From positions 57,288,001-57,352,000 of the forward strand of contig CM060734.1 in assembly GCA_030704615.1 (NCBI GenBank): a stretch of 64,000 nt of DNA, written 5' to 3'. Shown here in pieces: positions 13,487-26,103 of the stretch (its first letter is position 1; the number at the start of each line of letters is the position of its first letter). Position numbers and translations under genes: made by a program. The DNA is from Takakia lepidozioides. Its lineage: Eukaryota; Plantae; Bryophyta. Under the pieces are notes generated by a model, which did not search any database, was not told the origin of the DNA, and saw nothing but the letters and a program-made list of their open reading frames with translations.

Positions 13487-13821
13487 CAACGGGAGGACCG
13501 CCTATGTCCAGCTTGCATAGGGCGCAGCAAGGAAATTGAAACTGAAGAACACTTCTTCTTCTACTGCCCTCTATACTACGAGATCCGTGGGAGATTCCAC
13601 TGTTTATTCAGTGGAACCCAAACTCTCACTGATTTCTTTCACTATGAGGATAAAAAATGCTTGGCAGCCTACCTACACGAGGCCTTCACCCTTAGACAAT
13701 CGCTAGAACATTAATTGTGGTTTCTGGATTTGTTCCTCTCTCATGTTTTCTTCCATTTTGTCCCATAAGCTCTACGAGCTTTCCGCGGACGTTATAAAGC
13801 ATCATTTCATTTCATTCCATT
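13487..13821 (+). mobile_element. 3' fragment of LINE family B (CCHC finger, (CATTT)n tail)
   Basis: REDRLCPAC...EIETEEHFFFYCPLY is the C-terminal CCHC finger typical of RTE-X-like ORF2; followed by stop, short UTR and CATTTCATTTCATTCCATTT tail. Confidence 0.8.
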
Positions 13822-13827
13822 TCCCTG

Positions 13828-16800
13828 TCCTCTAGGAAGCCTGTTGACATTGGGTGGACTTGAAACGGGAGTACATTAATGTCTCTGTGACTAAATGCCG
13901 GCCTTGTGACCTCGTGTCCTTGTTTGTTTCGACCTGAAGCGCTTTGCTTCAGGTAAGGTAGTGCATTGGATTTAGTTGGAAAGCTTGGGGCTTTCCCTCT
14001 TTAGAATATGCCTACACGGGCCATTCCCTGCAACTCCCTGGAGTGTGATCTCTGAATGGTAACAAGCGGACTCCTACCGCTTGGGGGCAGCCCCTCCGCC
14101 CAAATTGGGCAGTCGTATGTTCTGTCTAACATACTCGGCACTTGGGCTCGGGTTGGTTCCTGTGCTTAAACTTATGGCCTGCGAAAACAATCAAAAATTT
14201 AGCTCCTATCAACATCAACACTCCTCAGGGTGATCCCTGGGAATTGGTTACTTATGCCAAATCTAGGGCTTCATGTGTAGTTTTTGGGGTGATTCCCAGG
14301 ATGGACGATGTGTCCTTTAAAACTACATGCTCTAGCTTAGGCTTGGATTTCATGGCTAATGGTACCATCTCGAGACTTGATAACAGGGGTACGTTGAAGG
14401 TTGCAATGACCAAAGAAGACAACCAAGGCAACAACTTCAACTTGAGAGTTTCTAATCGGTTTGATGCTCTGGATGAGGTTGAATCCAAACAGCCAGAAGG
14501 ACACTATGCCCCTAAGTGTACGGAACCTGAACGTCCTGAATCTGAAGGATTTGGTACTCTGAATGGTTTACCAATCCTCAAGGTTTACACAAGACGAACA
14601 AATTCTATACACGGGGTAATTGTCCCCAAGCCGTCAGATGGACAATCTGTCCCTAAGTGTGCAGAGCCTGAACGTCGTGTAACTGAAGGATTTGGTACTC
14701 TAAATGGTTTACCAATCCTCAGTCTACACAAGACGAGCAAAATCTATACACGGGGTAATTGTCCCCAAGCAGTCTGACGGACAATCTGCCCCTATGTGTG
14801 CGGAGCCTGTGCGTCGTGTAACTGAAAGATTTGGTACCCTGAATGGTTTACCAATTCTCAAAGTTACACAAGACGAGCAAAATCTACACATGGGGTAACT
14901 GTCCCCCCTTTGCAGAACGGTTGGCCGTCCAGGAGCAATCACAAGCTACCTAGACGACAAACAATTCACACGCAAAGGGCTGGCTTGCGGCTGGCCACTT
15001 TCAACTTCTCAGGGTTGACCAACCAAAGGAAACAACTTGAAGTGGGACAAGTTCTTCGGACTAATGATATTCATATCTGTGCTGGGCAAGAAACATGGAA
15101 ACGTTGGATAAACTGGTTGGAGATGTCATTGGTTATAAATGGGCAGGTAAGATGTGTACTCTCAAGGCAGCCTCTGCCAAACGCGGTCAAAAAGGGGTCG
15201 GATTCTTTGTCCGTGATTTCTTGTTTGACAATTGTGAAATTATCAACAAGGGTTTGAGGTACGAGCATAGTATCTGGCTAAAACTGAATTTGAAGGGTGG
15301 CATGAGTACAAAGGACCTCTTTGTTGGTTGTGTTTACATGCCCACATAGGGGACCCTTAGTGCTGACGCAGATAAGGCCTTCGAAGGTGTAAAGCTGGAC
15401 TGTGCTTTGTTCCTTGCCAAAGGTCAAGTGGTACTATTGGGGGACTTCAATGCCCGGGTGGGCAATCAGGACGATATCATTGGACCTTTTGGTGAGGATG
15501 AGCTGAATTCTAATGGCAGACGGTTAATTAACTGTCTAGAAGAGCTTCAGCTTTTGACCTTGAATAACAGGACAAGAGGTGACCAAGTGCAGTGGACTCG
15601 TGAGAAACCCCAAACTGGGGAACGTTCCATTGTGGACTATATCATAATGGACAAAATTTTGTTCCCCCAGTGTGCCAATGTGTTGATCGACAGAACTGAT
15701 ATTGGTACCTCTGACCACTTCCTGGTTTGGACGGAGATCAAAAGGTGTTTTCCCACCACCAAGAGATCTGTGAAACGTTCGATTCGGAAGTGGCGCATAG
15801 AAAAATTCCACAATGAGGAGGTCAAGGCTGAGTACGTCCAGGCCTTGCAAGAGGCTCTCCCTCATTTTGTCCAATCGCTCCAAGAACTTCAGTCACGCTC
15901 TGTTAACGCAAGAAATGAAGTCGAAAGAGCAGTGGACTCTTGGGAGAGTTTCGTTTCCTCCGTGGCTGACAAGATCATTGGGAGGAAACTAATTGTCTTC
16001 AAGTAGAGCAGTTAATTGGTGGACTAATGAGATTAAACTCAAGATAGCTGAGAGACGAGCCCTCTATAAAGAGTGCTGCAATTTGGAAACCAACAGAGAA
16101 TTGTGGGCAAGGTACTACCAGCTACGTAAAGATATCAATCAGCTTGTTAGGTCTCAGAAGAAATTATACTGGGACAAGTTATACAGTGAAATAAACTCAA
16201 ACCACCATGGTGGTAATGACAAGAAATTCTGGTTGGCCCTTCAACGTTTGTACAAGCCGAAAAACGGTCAGCAAGTACAAGCGCTGAAGACTACTACAGG
16301 TGCAGTGGTGACTTCATCGGTTGACATTGTCAAAACCTTTGAAACTCACTACAGTATCCTTGGCAGAACTTCTAGGTCTAACAGTGAGGGGTCTTCTGCT
16401 GAATGGAGGGACACAGTTGGAAAAACTGTTCCTATGATTCAAAACAGCCCTGATGAACTGGAGTATATTTCAATGGCTTATAATGCTCCCATTAGTTCTT
16501 CGAGATTGTGGAAGCAATTGAACATTTAAATGGATATAAAGCTGGTGGACCTGATGGTATTGTCAACGAGCTTATCAAGCACGGTGGCGATCCCATGATA
16601 GAGGCCCTAGTTCTCCTCTTTAACCTTATCTGGAAGACTGAAATGATCCCCTTTCGCTGGCGACAGGGGGTCATTGTCAATCTATACAAGAAGGGTGACA
16701 GAGAAGAACCGGGGAACTACCGTGGCATCACGCTCCTCAATGCTGTTGGCAAGACATAATGCAGAGTTATAAGTACTCGTCTCGAGGTTGATCTGGAGTC

Positions 16801-18566
16801 TAGAGGTTGTTTCCATGAAGGCCAAGCTGGCTTTCGGCGAAACAGGGGCTGTGTGGATCATATCTTCACTCTAAGCCAGATTATCCAGGGAAGGAAAAAA
16901 GAAGGGAAACCCACTTATGTCTTTTTCCTGGATGTCAAAAAGGCTTATGACACAGTGTGGAGAGATGGCCTATGGTTCCGCCTCTGGTCTTTTGGGAGCA
17001 AGGGAAAGATGTGGAGAGTTGTCCACAACTTGTATGCTCACACCAAAAGCTGTGTCACTGTTAACGGACAGAAGTCCAACTTCTTTGACATAGACCAAGG
17101 TGTAGCTCAAGGATGTACTCTCTCCCCTCTGCTCTTCAATGTTTTCATCAATCAACTCCTCGAGGATGTGGAAAGTGAGGGATTTGGGTTAAGGGTGGGT
17201 GATACCACCATACCAGCCCTTATGTTTGCGGATGACTTCGCAGGCATAGGGGAGACTCCAACCAGGAGTTGATTGATTGCGCGAAGAGATACTTTGATCT
17301 TTGGGGGCTAGAGGCTAATGTCAGCAAATGTGCAGTGGTAGCATTCAACGACAGAGGAGAGGGAGGAAGTGATCTTAAGTGGCAGTGGGGTAGCCAAGAG
17401 ATCCCGGTCCTACCTTCCTACACTTACCTGGGCGTTGAGTTCTCCTCCAATTGTAATTGGGATGCACATATCCGGAAAGTTGTTCAAACTGGCAAGGGCG
17501 AAGCTCTGGGGCTCACTAAATTTTTCCACTGCAGAGGGGTCAACTCTGAGGTTAAGAAAACCATGCTTTGTCGCGTTATTAGACCTGCCTTGGAGTACGG
17601 ATCTGCTATATGGGTTGATAACTCCAACCAGGCTAAGTCTCTAGAATCCATTCAAGTGGGGGTGCTTAAGGAGTGTATGTCAGCATGCTCCAAAACAGCC
17701 AATGTGGCTGTTCGGGGTGAGTTTGGCATTCCGTCCTTAAGCTCCCCACGAGATGAATTCAAGGTCAGATGGTGGGGTCAGCTGCAACATATGCCCAACA
17801 CCAGATATCCTAAGTTAATCGACTCTATATCTTGGAAACAGGACCGCCCTGTCAAACAGGCTAAGTCCTGGCAGAAGAGAGTAGAAGAGATCCTCAAGGA
17901 CCTGGACCTGGATCCACAAGTCTTGACCCTGCTGGATAAATCTGACTTAGAGGCTGTAGTGACCTCAGCCATGTCTGTTGCCATGAGATTGTCTGATGAA
18001 AATGAAGTTAGGCAGAAAACTTCCCTGAACTTGTTTCCAGTCTGTGACATGGGGGAGGACATCTTGGATGACCTCAAGGGTCTACCCACTCTCGGCACTA
18101 GACTGAAATTTAAACTCAGGGCAGGAAGCCTACCTTTGAACAGCAAACAGAAGCAGAGAGGAAAGGGAGAGTGCAATTGCCCGTTGTGTGGGCAATCTGA
18201 AGACAGTATTCATTTTCTGATACACTGTCCGGGGTTCTCTCACCAAAGAGACGCTCTCTTCAAATCTATTAAGGGAATTGTGCCTGTACCCTGTTTACCA
18301 ACTTTGAAAGTCTCGTGGCTGAGCCAAAAGCCCAGGCCCTCCTGAGGCCTAGTTTTTGGGCAAATCACACACAGCAGATTGATGCTTGTGTGAAGGGATT
18401 TCTAGAGGATATCTGGAAAACCCGGATTAATTCTTTATATGGAGGTAAGTCTTACTACCAATGTCAGCCCCTGACAGAGGTAGGTTCTGTCCCTTTTGTT
18501 CCCGCTCAAACTGGGCGCGGGGTCAATGGCCACAAGGCTACGGCAAACAACGTCTTATGAGTACAA
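13828..18566 (+). mobile_element. Near full-length but disrupted non-LTR retrotransposon, family A (APE endonuclease, RT, CCHC finger; RTE-X-like)
   Basis: APE motifs LATFNFSGL, QET, LLGDFNARVG, IVDYI, SDH; RT motifs KAGGPDG, GNYRGITLL, FLDVKKAYD, GVAQGCTLSP, LMFADD, YLGV; C-terminal CPLC..H..HCP. Internal stops (15347, 16757) and several frameshifts. Clade assignment is inference. Confidence 0.93.
14506..14905 (+). repeat. ~141-bp (47-codon) tandem repeat x~2.8 in the LINE 5' coding region
   Basis: CCTA(A/T)GTGT at 14511, 14652 and 14791; peptide PKCxEPERxxxEGFGTLNGLPILKV repeated. Confidence 0.9.
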
Positions 18567-19685
18567 TCTCTCTCCCACCCACAGACTGACTTTATCTAGA
18601 GACATGAATAACTCTATTGGGAGATAAAATGATTGGCACACCCCTGAGATTTGAAGTCATGAATTCAAATATAACAGAGCTCACAAATGGCCGAGATGCC
18701 GGCAATATTTGAAGCACTGCTAACAAAGAGTGATGAAGAGCATCATTGAATATGATCTGAACTGAGAATGATAGAAAGACATTCTTTTGAAAGGATTGTA
18801 TGTACTTGAAACCACATATATGTTGTAGGCACAAAAAAGTGCATCCCAGTTCCATAGGTTTCATGACCAGCAACTGCGAGCCTCTTCCCAGGCAATTAAA
18901 ACACGTGTCAATAAATCACAAGATAGATGGCTGCCAGTAGGTAAATAACATGGCACATTTCTGCAGACAGGCTTACCATCAGCCAGCTACAGCGGGCACT
19001 TGAGAGACAATGTAGCTGTGTGTGCATACGACCAGCACAACATTGCGGCTCTCAAGCTGCCCACTCAACTCCAGCTAGAGATTTGACAAAACCCAACAAA
19101 GCAAACTAGCCTATACAAAGCTTAGCTTAGCATGCAGAACCGCCCCCACGTAAAAAATGCCAACCCACATGCCTTTTTTGGTGGACCATTTGACGACATG
19201 CCAGAATTTAAAGGACTACGCAGTTGGAAATGTCAGGGAGTTGTAGTTACATACAGCAGTGGAAAAAACCCCCTGTTGTTGTAGTCATATAAAAGACAGC
19301 TTCTGTTACAATCTGGTAGTTTGCAAACACATTTTCCCTCCACTCACACAGAGGGATTGTGGGGACAAAAAGTTATGGTCAGCTTAGCTTTCCTGATGGC
19401 ATGCAGACAGTGAGAGAAGCTTCAGGGCCAGGGTCCATGCCGCCGTACACCTCAAATGGATGCCATTGGAGAGCACAATAGCTGCTTGAACATAATGCAT
19501 CAAAACTATCTGCTAGTTCATGGAAATTGGCAGACATCTAGTTGATCTCGAATAATGTACCATGTACAGATGAAAGAGCAACAGTTGGATTTACCTATCT
19601 AGAGCGGTTGAATCTAACTCATGTGGTTCTTACTTACAAAATGTGTCTTCAAAGGTCTGCAAGCACATGCTGGATGGTATGCATC

Positions 19686-22535
19686 TCAGCGTGCTGAGAC
19701 TATCTGAGAGATGAAAAATCCAGAGCTCTGACTTCCTTCAGGTGGTGCTTCAGCCTGTTCTGCAGGAGTCTTTCCATCCTGGGCAACTACTTGCAGGGAT
19801 TTGGGAAGTGGGGGGTCTGTGGCTTCCAGAGTGCCCTCCAGCATTCGCACCACTGTCCCCATGGTTGGCCGCTGCTGTGGATCATCCTGTATACACCACA
19901 AAGCCACCCGCACAGCCCTCTTCACCTGCTCTTCATCCACATCCTCCGACCACTGGTTATCCACCAGGCTTAGAAAGTCGCCATGAGCCATCTTCTCGAA
20001 AGCATATACTGCAAAGAACCATTGTCCTGACGGAGCAGAGAGATCCACAGTCCTTCGGCCGCTGATGAGTTCTAGTAGGGTCATTCCATAGCTGTAGACA
20101 TCTGCCTTTGATGTCAGCGTCGAATTATTAAGCCACTCAGGGGCAAGGTAACCTCGCGTTCCCCGTATGTTTGTGATTACACGGCTCATGTCTTTGCCCA
20201 GAAGCCTGGCAAGCCCAAAATCAGAGACTTTTGGAGTGAAGTCTTTCTCAAGTAAAATGTTCTCTGGCTTGATGTCGCAGTGGATGATGCGGTCCCTGCA
20301 TTCTTCATGTAAGTAGGCGATGCCGCGTGCTGTTCCCAGCGCAATGCTAAAGCGTGTTCCCCAATCCAAGGCTCTTTGATCATTTTCTTCCCTGTCAGAT
20401 GATTTAAACAAGTATCTCTCAAGAGAACCGTTGGGCAGATACTCGTACACTAGAGCACGGTTGTCCCCTTCCACACAAAAGCCACGCAAGCGCACCAGGT
20501 TGATGTGCTGGACAGTTCCTGTTACAATTCCACATGCCACAACATCACTACCTACTTAACTGAATTAGATTCTTAAACTAACAGACCCTAGTATACCCAA
20601 GGATTATGATCTTCTGCAAAACGATGAAGACCCGGTGGGACAGACTGATCAGTTAATGGGGTGTTAGCTTCCTAGCGGTGAAACAATTGCAAGACGTTAC
20701 CTATGACTGCCACCTCTGTTCGGAACTCTCGCTCCCCCTGTCTCAGTTTCCCCAGCTTCTTCACCGCCACCACGCTGTTGTCCGGCAGCAGCCCCTTGTG
20801 CACAGTACCAAAACCCCCTTTTCCCAACTGCTGGTTGAAGTTGTTGGTAGCAGCTACCAGTTCTTTGTACGAGAACCGCACCAGTCCTGCTGTGATCTGG
20901 TCCAGGGAGGCTTGATTGTCGGCCGCCCTCCGCTTTCTGGCCGCCCACCATAACAGTGCTAGGAGGAGGAGGATAAGAGCCAGGGAACCGAAGACTACAC
21001 CGGTGACTACAGCAACAATCGACGTACCACTAGATTTTTTGTTAGCTCCACTTGGTGGGCTCCCTGTGGGAGCCTTAAAATTTGCTGACACTCTCAGAAA
21101 GAATGATCCCGAGAGACTGGTTGAAGTCTCCCCATTGTAAAGAACAGAGGTGCTCTGTACTGAGCAATTGCTTCCCATGACATCAGCCTGGAAGGTGTAC
21201 CCACTGCAGGCACAGTCTTGCAAGCAACTATTCCTACACCCACTGTCGCTTTGGCCAACGATGGAGTGAACACTGCTATCCCCCTCAAACGAAGTCTGAT
21301 TCAATTCATAAAACTTGTCTTCATTTAGTCCATTGGTGCAACTTAGAGCGAGTGTTCGCTGACAACCTTGGGGCCAGAAATCACCAGCTGTCCACTCCTG
21401 GTTGTCCACTGGTGTAAACCCTGGCAGGCAGCTACAGAGAAGCGTTGAATTGCTGTTAATGCAGAGTGCATTCTGCCCACACACGCGATCGACTTGGCAT
21501 GGTTGGGTGGGTGCTTGGATGAAGGGAAGCCATGCACTATTCTCTATGACCCAGATGTGTTGTCGAGCCGATCCGTCTTCATCCAATCTGAACCTTTTGA
21601 AAGAGGTGTCCGCAGTAATGGATCGCCCAAAAGTTGTCCACGAAATGGTGGGGCTTCCGCTGCTGTTGCTGTATGTAAACTTATCAGGGTAGGAGACAAG
21701 CCCCAGTTTTGGAGGATTTGTGTATGAATTTCCACTCCAGGGGCCAGAATTATAGTATACCGTAGTCTCATTCCACAAGAAGTGAAGCTCCCCATTCGGT
21801 TCTAATCGAAAACTGTACAAGCCAGCAGATGGATCGTTTAAAGTCTTCCAGGCAACAAGCTTCGTCCCAACACCAATCTGCACAGCAGACGATTTGAACA
21901 ATCCAAGCCGTTTTAGCCGACTTGGCAAGCAAACGCGAAACAGCATGGACCTTGTAACAAAGTACCAGTGCCGGAGTACTCTAAAATGCTATGAGAAGAA
22001 GGAAATAGTGCAAGAAACCATTGAGAGTAGTAAAATAAGAGATTACCGTCATCCCAGGCACAAATGTGTCAGTTGGATAGTCAAAGCTGTTCCATACCAA
22101 CCCTCCACTTTTGTTAGATAGCACTATGTTTCCTGTCTCCAGAAAAGTGGCCCCTATTACACCATCTCCCGACGTGTTAGAAGCCCAGACAACTGTCCCG
22201 TCAAAGTCGAAGAGAACCAGGTTGCCTTCAGTGGTGAGATTCAACGATGCCCCCTGTTTCACAGGCCGTTCCCTGTTTGCCATCCAAATGGGCGCTATGG
22301 AGACACCACCAAACCAGACGCTGAGATAAAGAGAGTCAGCATTGGTGGGAATAGCGTAGAATCCCAGGCTGAACGTTCCATTCTGCGACGTCCAGGTCTG
22401 GTTGGATGTGAGACTTGACCCTAGGCTGACACTTGACCCATCCGTTGCTTGGGCGTCTACCGTGGTAGTAGAATGCCAATGCAGCACCACAACTGTCAAA
22501 AAGAGAACCAAGCCCCTGACTGTTAGTGCTTCCAT
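19686..22535 (-). CDS. G-type lectin S-domain receptor-like kinase (SD2-like, non-RD); exons 22535-22047, 21877-20701, 20518-19686
   Basis: Signal peptide, B-lectin ([30 protein letters not shown]), S-locus/EGF/PAN cysteine pattern, TM, kinase GKGGFG and HCDIKPEN; exons splice in frame. Confidence 0.94.
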
Positions 22536-24454
22536 CGACTGGCCCTCAGCTTCAACTCCTTACCCGTCTCTTCGGTTCTATCTCCCGCTTTGCTTCTAGT
22601 CTCCCCGTTTCTTCTCATCCCCGTTCGGACCTAGCGTACTCCAGCTGGTGCCTGCCGAGGACGGTGTGAAGGTGAGGACTTTCATATCATCACTCTCACT
22701 CTTTCTACATGGCTCTCACTCTTTCTACATGGCTCTCACTCCCCAGAACCCTTGGTCTATCCTCAGTCCATGCACTGCCAATCTACACTTGGGTATACTT
22801 AGACACTCTCGGTAAGCAACGTCTTAGTTCTACTTACATGCTTTGCCTTAAATGTTGAACATTGCTCTCTCTGTTTCCTCCATCATCTCACACACACCTG
22901 ACGCTCTCCCTATCTCCACACAAAACTGCGCATGACACCAGCAGATCTTCAAACCAACTCCCTTTACAGTAAGAAATAATAACACACCGACACTGCCGCA
23001 CATGGGCTGCTGCTACCTACCCTCGATTCAACGACCCTGGCGACCTCCTAGCCTCGCTCACCTATCCTTGTGGGCTCATTGATGGCGTGCAGAGAGGCCA
23101 AGTGAGACGCCATCGCCCACGTGAATCCAAAACCCCACGACCACCTCCGTCAACTTGTTGGACCAAGTTAGTCCTTCTACCAACACATTCAAAGCACGTA
23201 CAAATCCATTGTACAGTTTTCCCAGCATTTTCGCAACATCTTCTCCATCGGACACATCTGTCTTTTACAAGGCTTTCCAGAGATAGTAGTGCATCAGACA
23301 CACACGACTGGGATTCTCGATGTCAATTTTGCAGTGGTGGAGTAAAAGGTGGTAGATGGATAAGACCGGATCGACCAAGATTTGCGTGGACCAAGTAGAC
23401 CAAGGCTCACCATTCTATTGGCGCTGTCCTTGACAATAAATGGGGGTTGGAGCGTTGGAGCGTAAATGGGGCATGCAGAGCTTTCGAGGCGGGATTGTCG
23501 TCATTTGGGGGCTCCATCGCATGCATACGTGTGCTGAAAACTGAAGGTTGTGGTTGTGATCGCAAGTTGGCGGGCCCTTCCAAGAGGGAGGGATGTATCG
23601 CGTTACGTATCAAGTGAGCTCCTTTTTGGGCCACTTTAAACTGGGTCCAGCTCCAACTCAAAATGCAATGATTCTCTTTGGTTCACGGCATTTTCTTCTT
23701 GCTCATAAAATATTTGGCTTTAACTTACACCGCGGACCAAGAATGTTAGGGATGACATGGCGCCACGACGTCAAAGTGGCAAGGGAGGTGGGGAGTGCTC
23801 CACACCTCCCTGTTCCTTCCTGATGCTCCCCATCTTTAGGACCATGTTCCCAAACATTCTCCCATTTTTGCTCCCCTGTTCGATCCCGGATCCTTACTCC
23901 CCGTTGTGGGACAAGAAATATCCAGAGCAATTTGAAGCAAATTGATAGGGGTAAACAGTTGCAAGAAATTGCACCAGAAGATTTCCGATCTCAGTTTTGA
24001 TCCGCAGTCTGAGTGGCCAGCCACGCCCCAGTTTTCTCTTTTTACCTCACTTTGTGGATGGTTGGTGCAAACTGAATACAGCAGCTTGAGGAAAAGTTTT
24101 CCAAAAAGTAACTTAATATGAACTTTCTGCTCTATACAAGATGTAGTACCTTGACCCTCAAGTTATTTTATTGGACTATATTAGTTTTGGTTTTCTTCCT
24201 ATTTCGTCTGGGCTTTTTGGGGGGGGTATTCATGCTTACCTCTACTTCTATTAATTTATTATGTCATGATTTGAATTTTTTTTGGGGGCCCTGCGTGTGC
24301 AGAGCCCCCTAGGTACTAGCACGTAGTAAGTAATAAGTAATAAGAATAGATAAAGATAAAGATAAAGATTCTTTAACGTCCAATGAATTTACAGAGCCTA
24401 CCGCTCAACACACAGGCCATCCAGGGCACAATGGACGGTCTGAAGGAAAATGTT

Positions 24455-24522
24455 GAAGGATTGAACCCAGGATCACCAGGTTATGCAAGGCAAGGCACAA
24501 ACACCCAACCACTGAGCTACCT
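24455..24522 (-). mobile_element. tRNA-like SINE head (decayed)
   Basis: Minus strand reads GTAGCTCAGTGG (A box) ... GGGTTCAATCC (B box); no complete cloverleaf. Confidence 0.5.
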
Positions 24523-24879
24523 ACTCAAGTGCATAGTAAGATGCAGGGGAAGAGAGCCGGGCTCTCTTTATATACCCTAGTGGGGTGGGACTTTCTACAA
24601 GGCTGCCCTAACACACACTTGTCACTCATAGAAACCACCAAGCCTTGTCACTCATAGAAACCACCAAGCCTGACCCCAATCTAACCATGAACCATCCCTT
24701 ATTTACAATCCCTTATTTAATAGGTCTTACCTTCTGCCTTTTTTTTTTCCGTCCCCACTTACATGACAGTTACTTAATTGAACTCCTGCTGTAGCTTACT
24801 ATAACTCTGGCTTCATAATTCTTGGACCGTTCTCTAAGCCCCACACCACTTTCAAACCTGGGCCCTTTATCGTTCATGA

Positions 24880-25441
24880 GACCCTTCTAGAAGGTCCTGG
24901 ACACATGTCAACCCTACAAGACTCCCTATTCTAAATTTAGCCAATTCCTCCCTTTCTTTTTTTTTACCCCCTTATCTCATTCCTTAATACACATGGCCTT
25001 CCTACATAGGCGCCCTACTCTAATTCTTTGGCCACACTAATTCCTGGACCACTCTAGAATCAGGCCCCAATGAACCTGCTCTACATAATAGGTATTGGGC
25101 CCACCTCATTGATATTTCTATTCATTTGTAGATGGTTTACTTAGGTTCCAAAATACATATTTTAAGGGGCCTGCTTGCCAATCCCTTTAAACTATAGCCC
25201 TATATTATAATATAATATAGCCCTATAAAATATAGCAAAAAGAAGCCCCAATATGTAGAGCAGTTTCATTGGGCCCTGATTCTAGAGTGGTCCAGGAATT
25301 ACTGTGGGGCGCCTATGTAGGAAGGCCACGTGTATTAAGGAATGAGATGAGGGGGTCAAAAAAAGGAAGGGAGGAATTGGCTAAATTTACAATAGGGAGT
25401 CTTGTAGGGTTGACATGTGTCTAGGGCCTTCTAGAAGGGTC
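24880..25441. repeat. ~200-bp inverted repeat with ~165-bp AT-rich spacer (fold-back or MITE-like)
   Basis: 24880-25087 is the reverse complement of 25252-25441 with few mismatches and one indel; related pieces at 25595-25617 and 50871-50930. Confidence 0.85.
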
Positions 25442-25819
25442 CCACCGCCCCCACAGGGTATATAAGGGACCCCCTCTTACTACCTACTAACTGACTACCT
25501 ACTAAATTAGTAAATAGTGGGCTCTGCAAAGGCAGGGCCCCAAAAAAAAAAAAAAAAAACAGCAAACAGCAAACATGAATCAATTAATTAAGTGAATATG
25601 TAGAGCAGTTTCATTCGAACAAGGTGGTATAATTCAGAGAGGTAGATTCCAAACGGGCGTCCTAGAAGGCTGGTAGTTGGGGTACCTGCAGGAAGCCAAT
25701 TGAGTCCCACATGAGGTAAGTCCCAGGTCAGAGGAGGAGGAAGACTCAAGGAATACACAGACAAACAAATGGAAAAATGGTTCTCAAACAAACGAGGTGG
25801 TTTCAGGTAAGTAGCCTCT

Positions 25820-25859
25820 ATGGCCACAATGCTACGGCAAACAATGTGTTATGAGTAAA
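25820..25859 (+). mobile_element. Ultra-short 3' end of LINE family A
   Basis: ATGGCCACAATGCTACGGCAAACAATGTGTTATGAGTAAA matches 18526-18566 and is followed by (TC)n. Confidence 0.7.
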
Positions 25860-26103
25860 TTCTCTCTCTCCCTCTGTGTTTGAATGCATGTCTGTTTTTT
25901 CTCTTCTTTCTCTCACCCTCTGTCTGCTTCTAAACTCATTCCCTTGTGACTGGGCAACCCACTAATCCAGAAAACGCTGCTGATATGTCGCAAGCAGCCT
26001 GTCTTCATGGAGAGGTCTTCCATTAAAGCATATAGGAGCTTTGCAAGCTATAATTGTGATTGAGGGTCAAGGTTTTCAAATCAAGAGTTTTGAGTTATGC
26101 AGG

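Noticed and set aside
24455-24522. tRNA gene
   Set aside because: A and B boxes are present but there is no coherent acceptor or anticodon stem; treated as a SINE head
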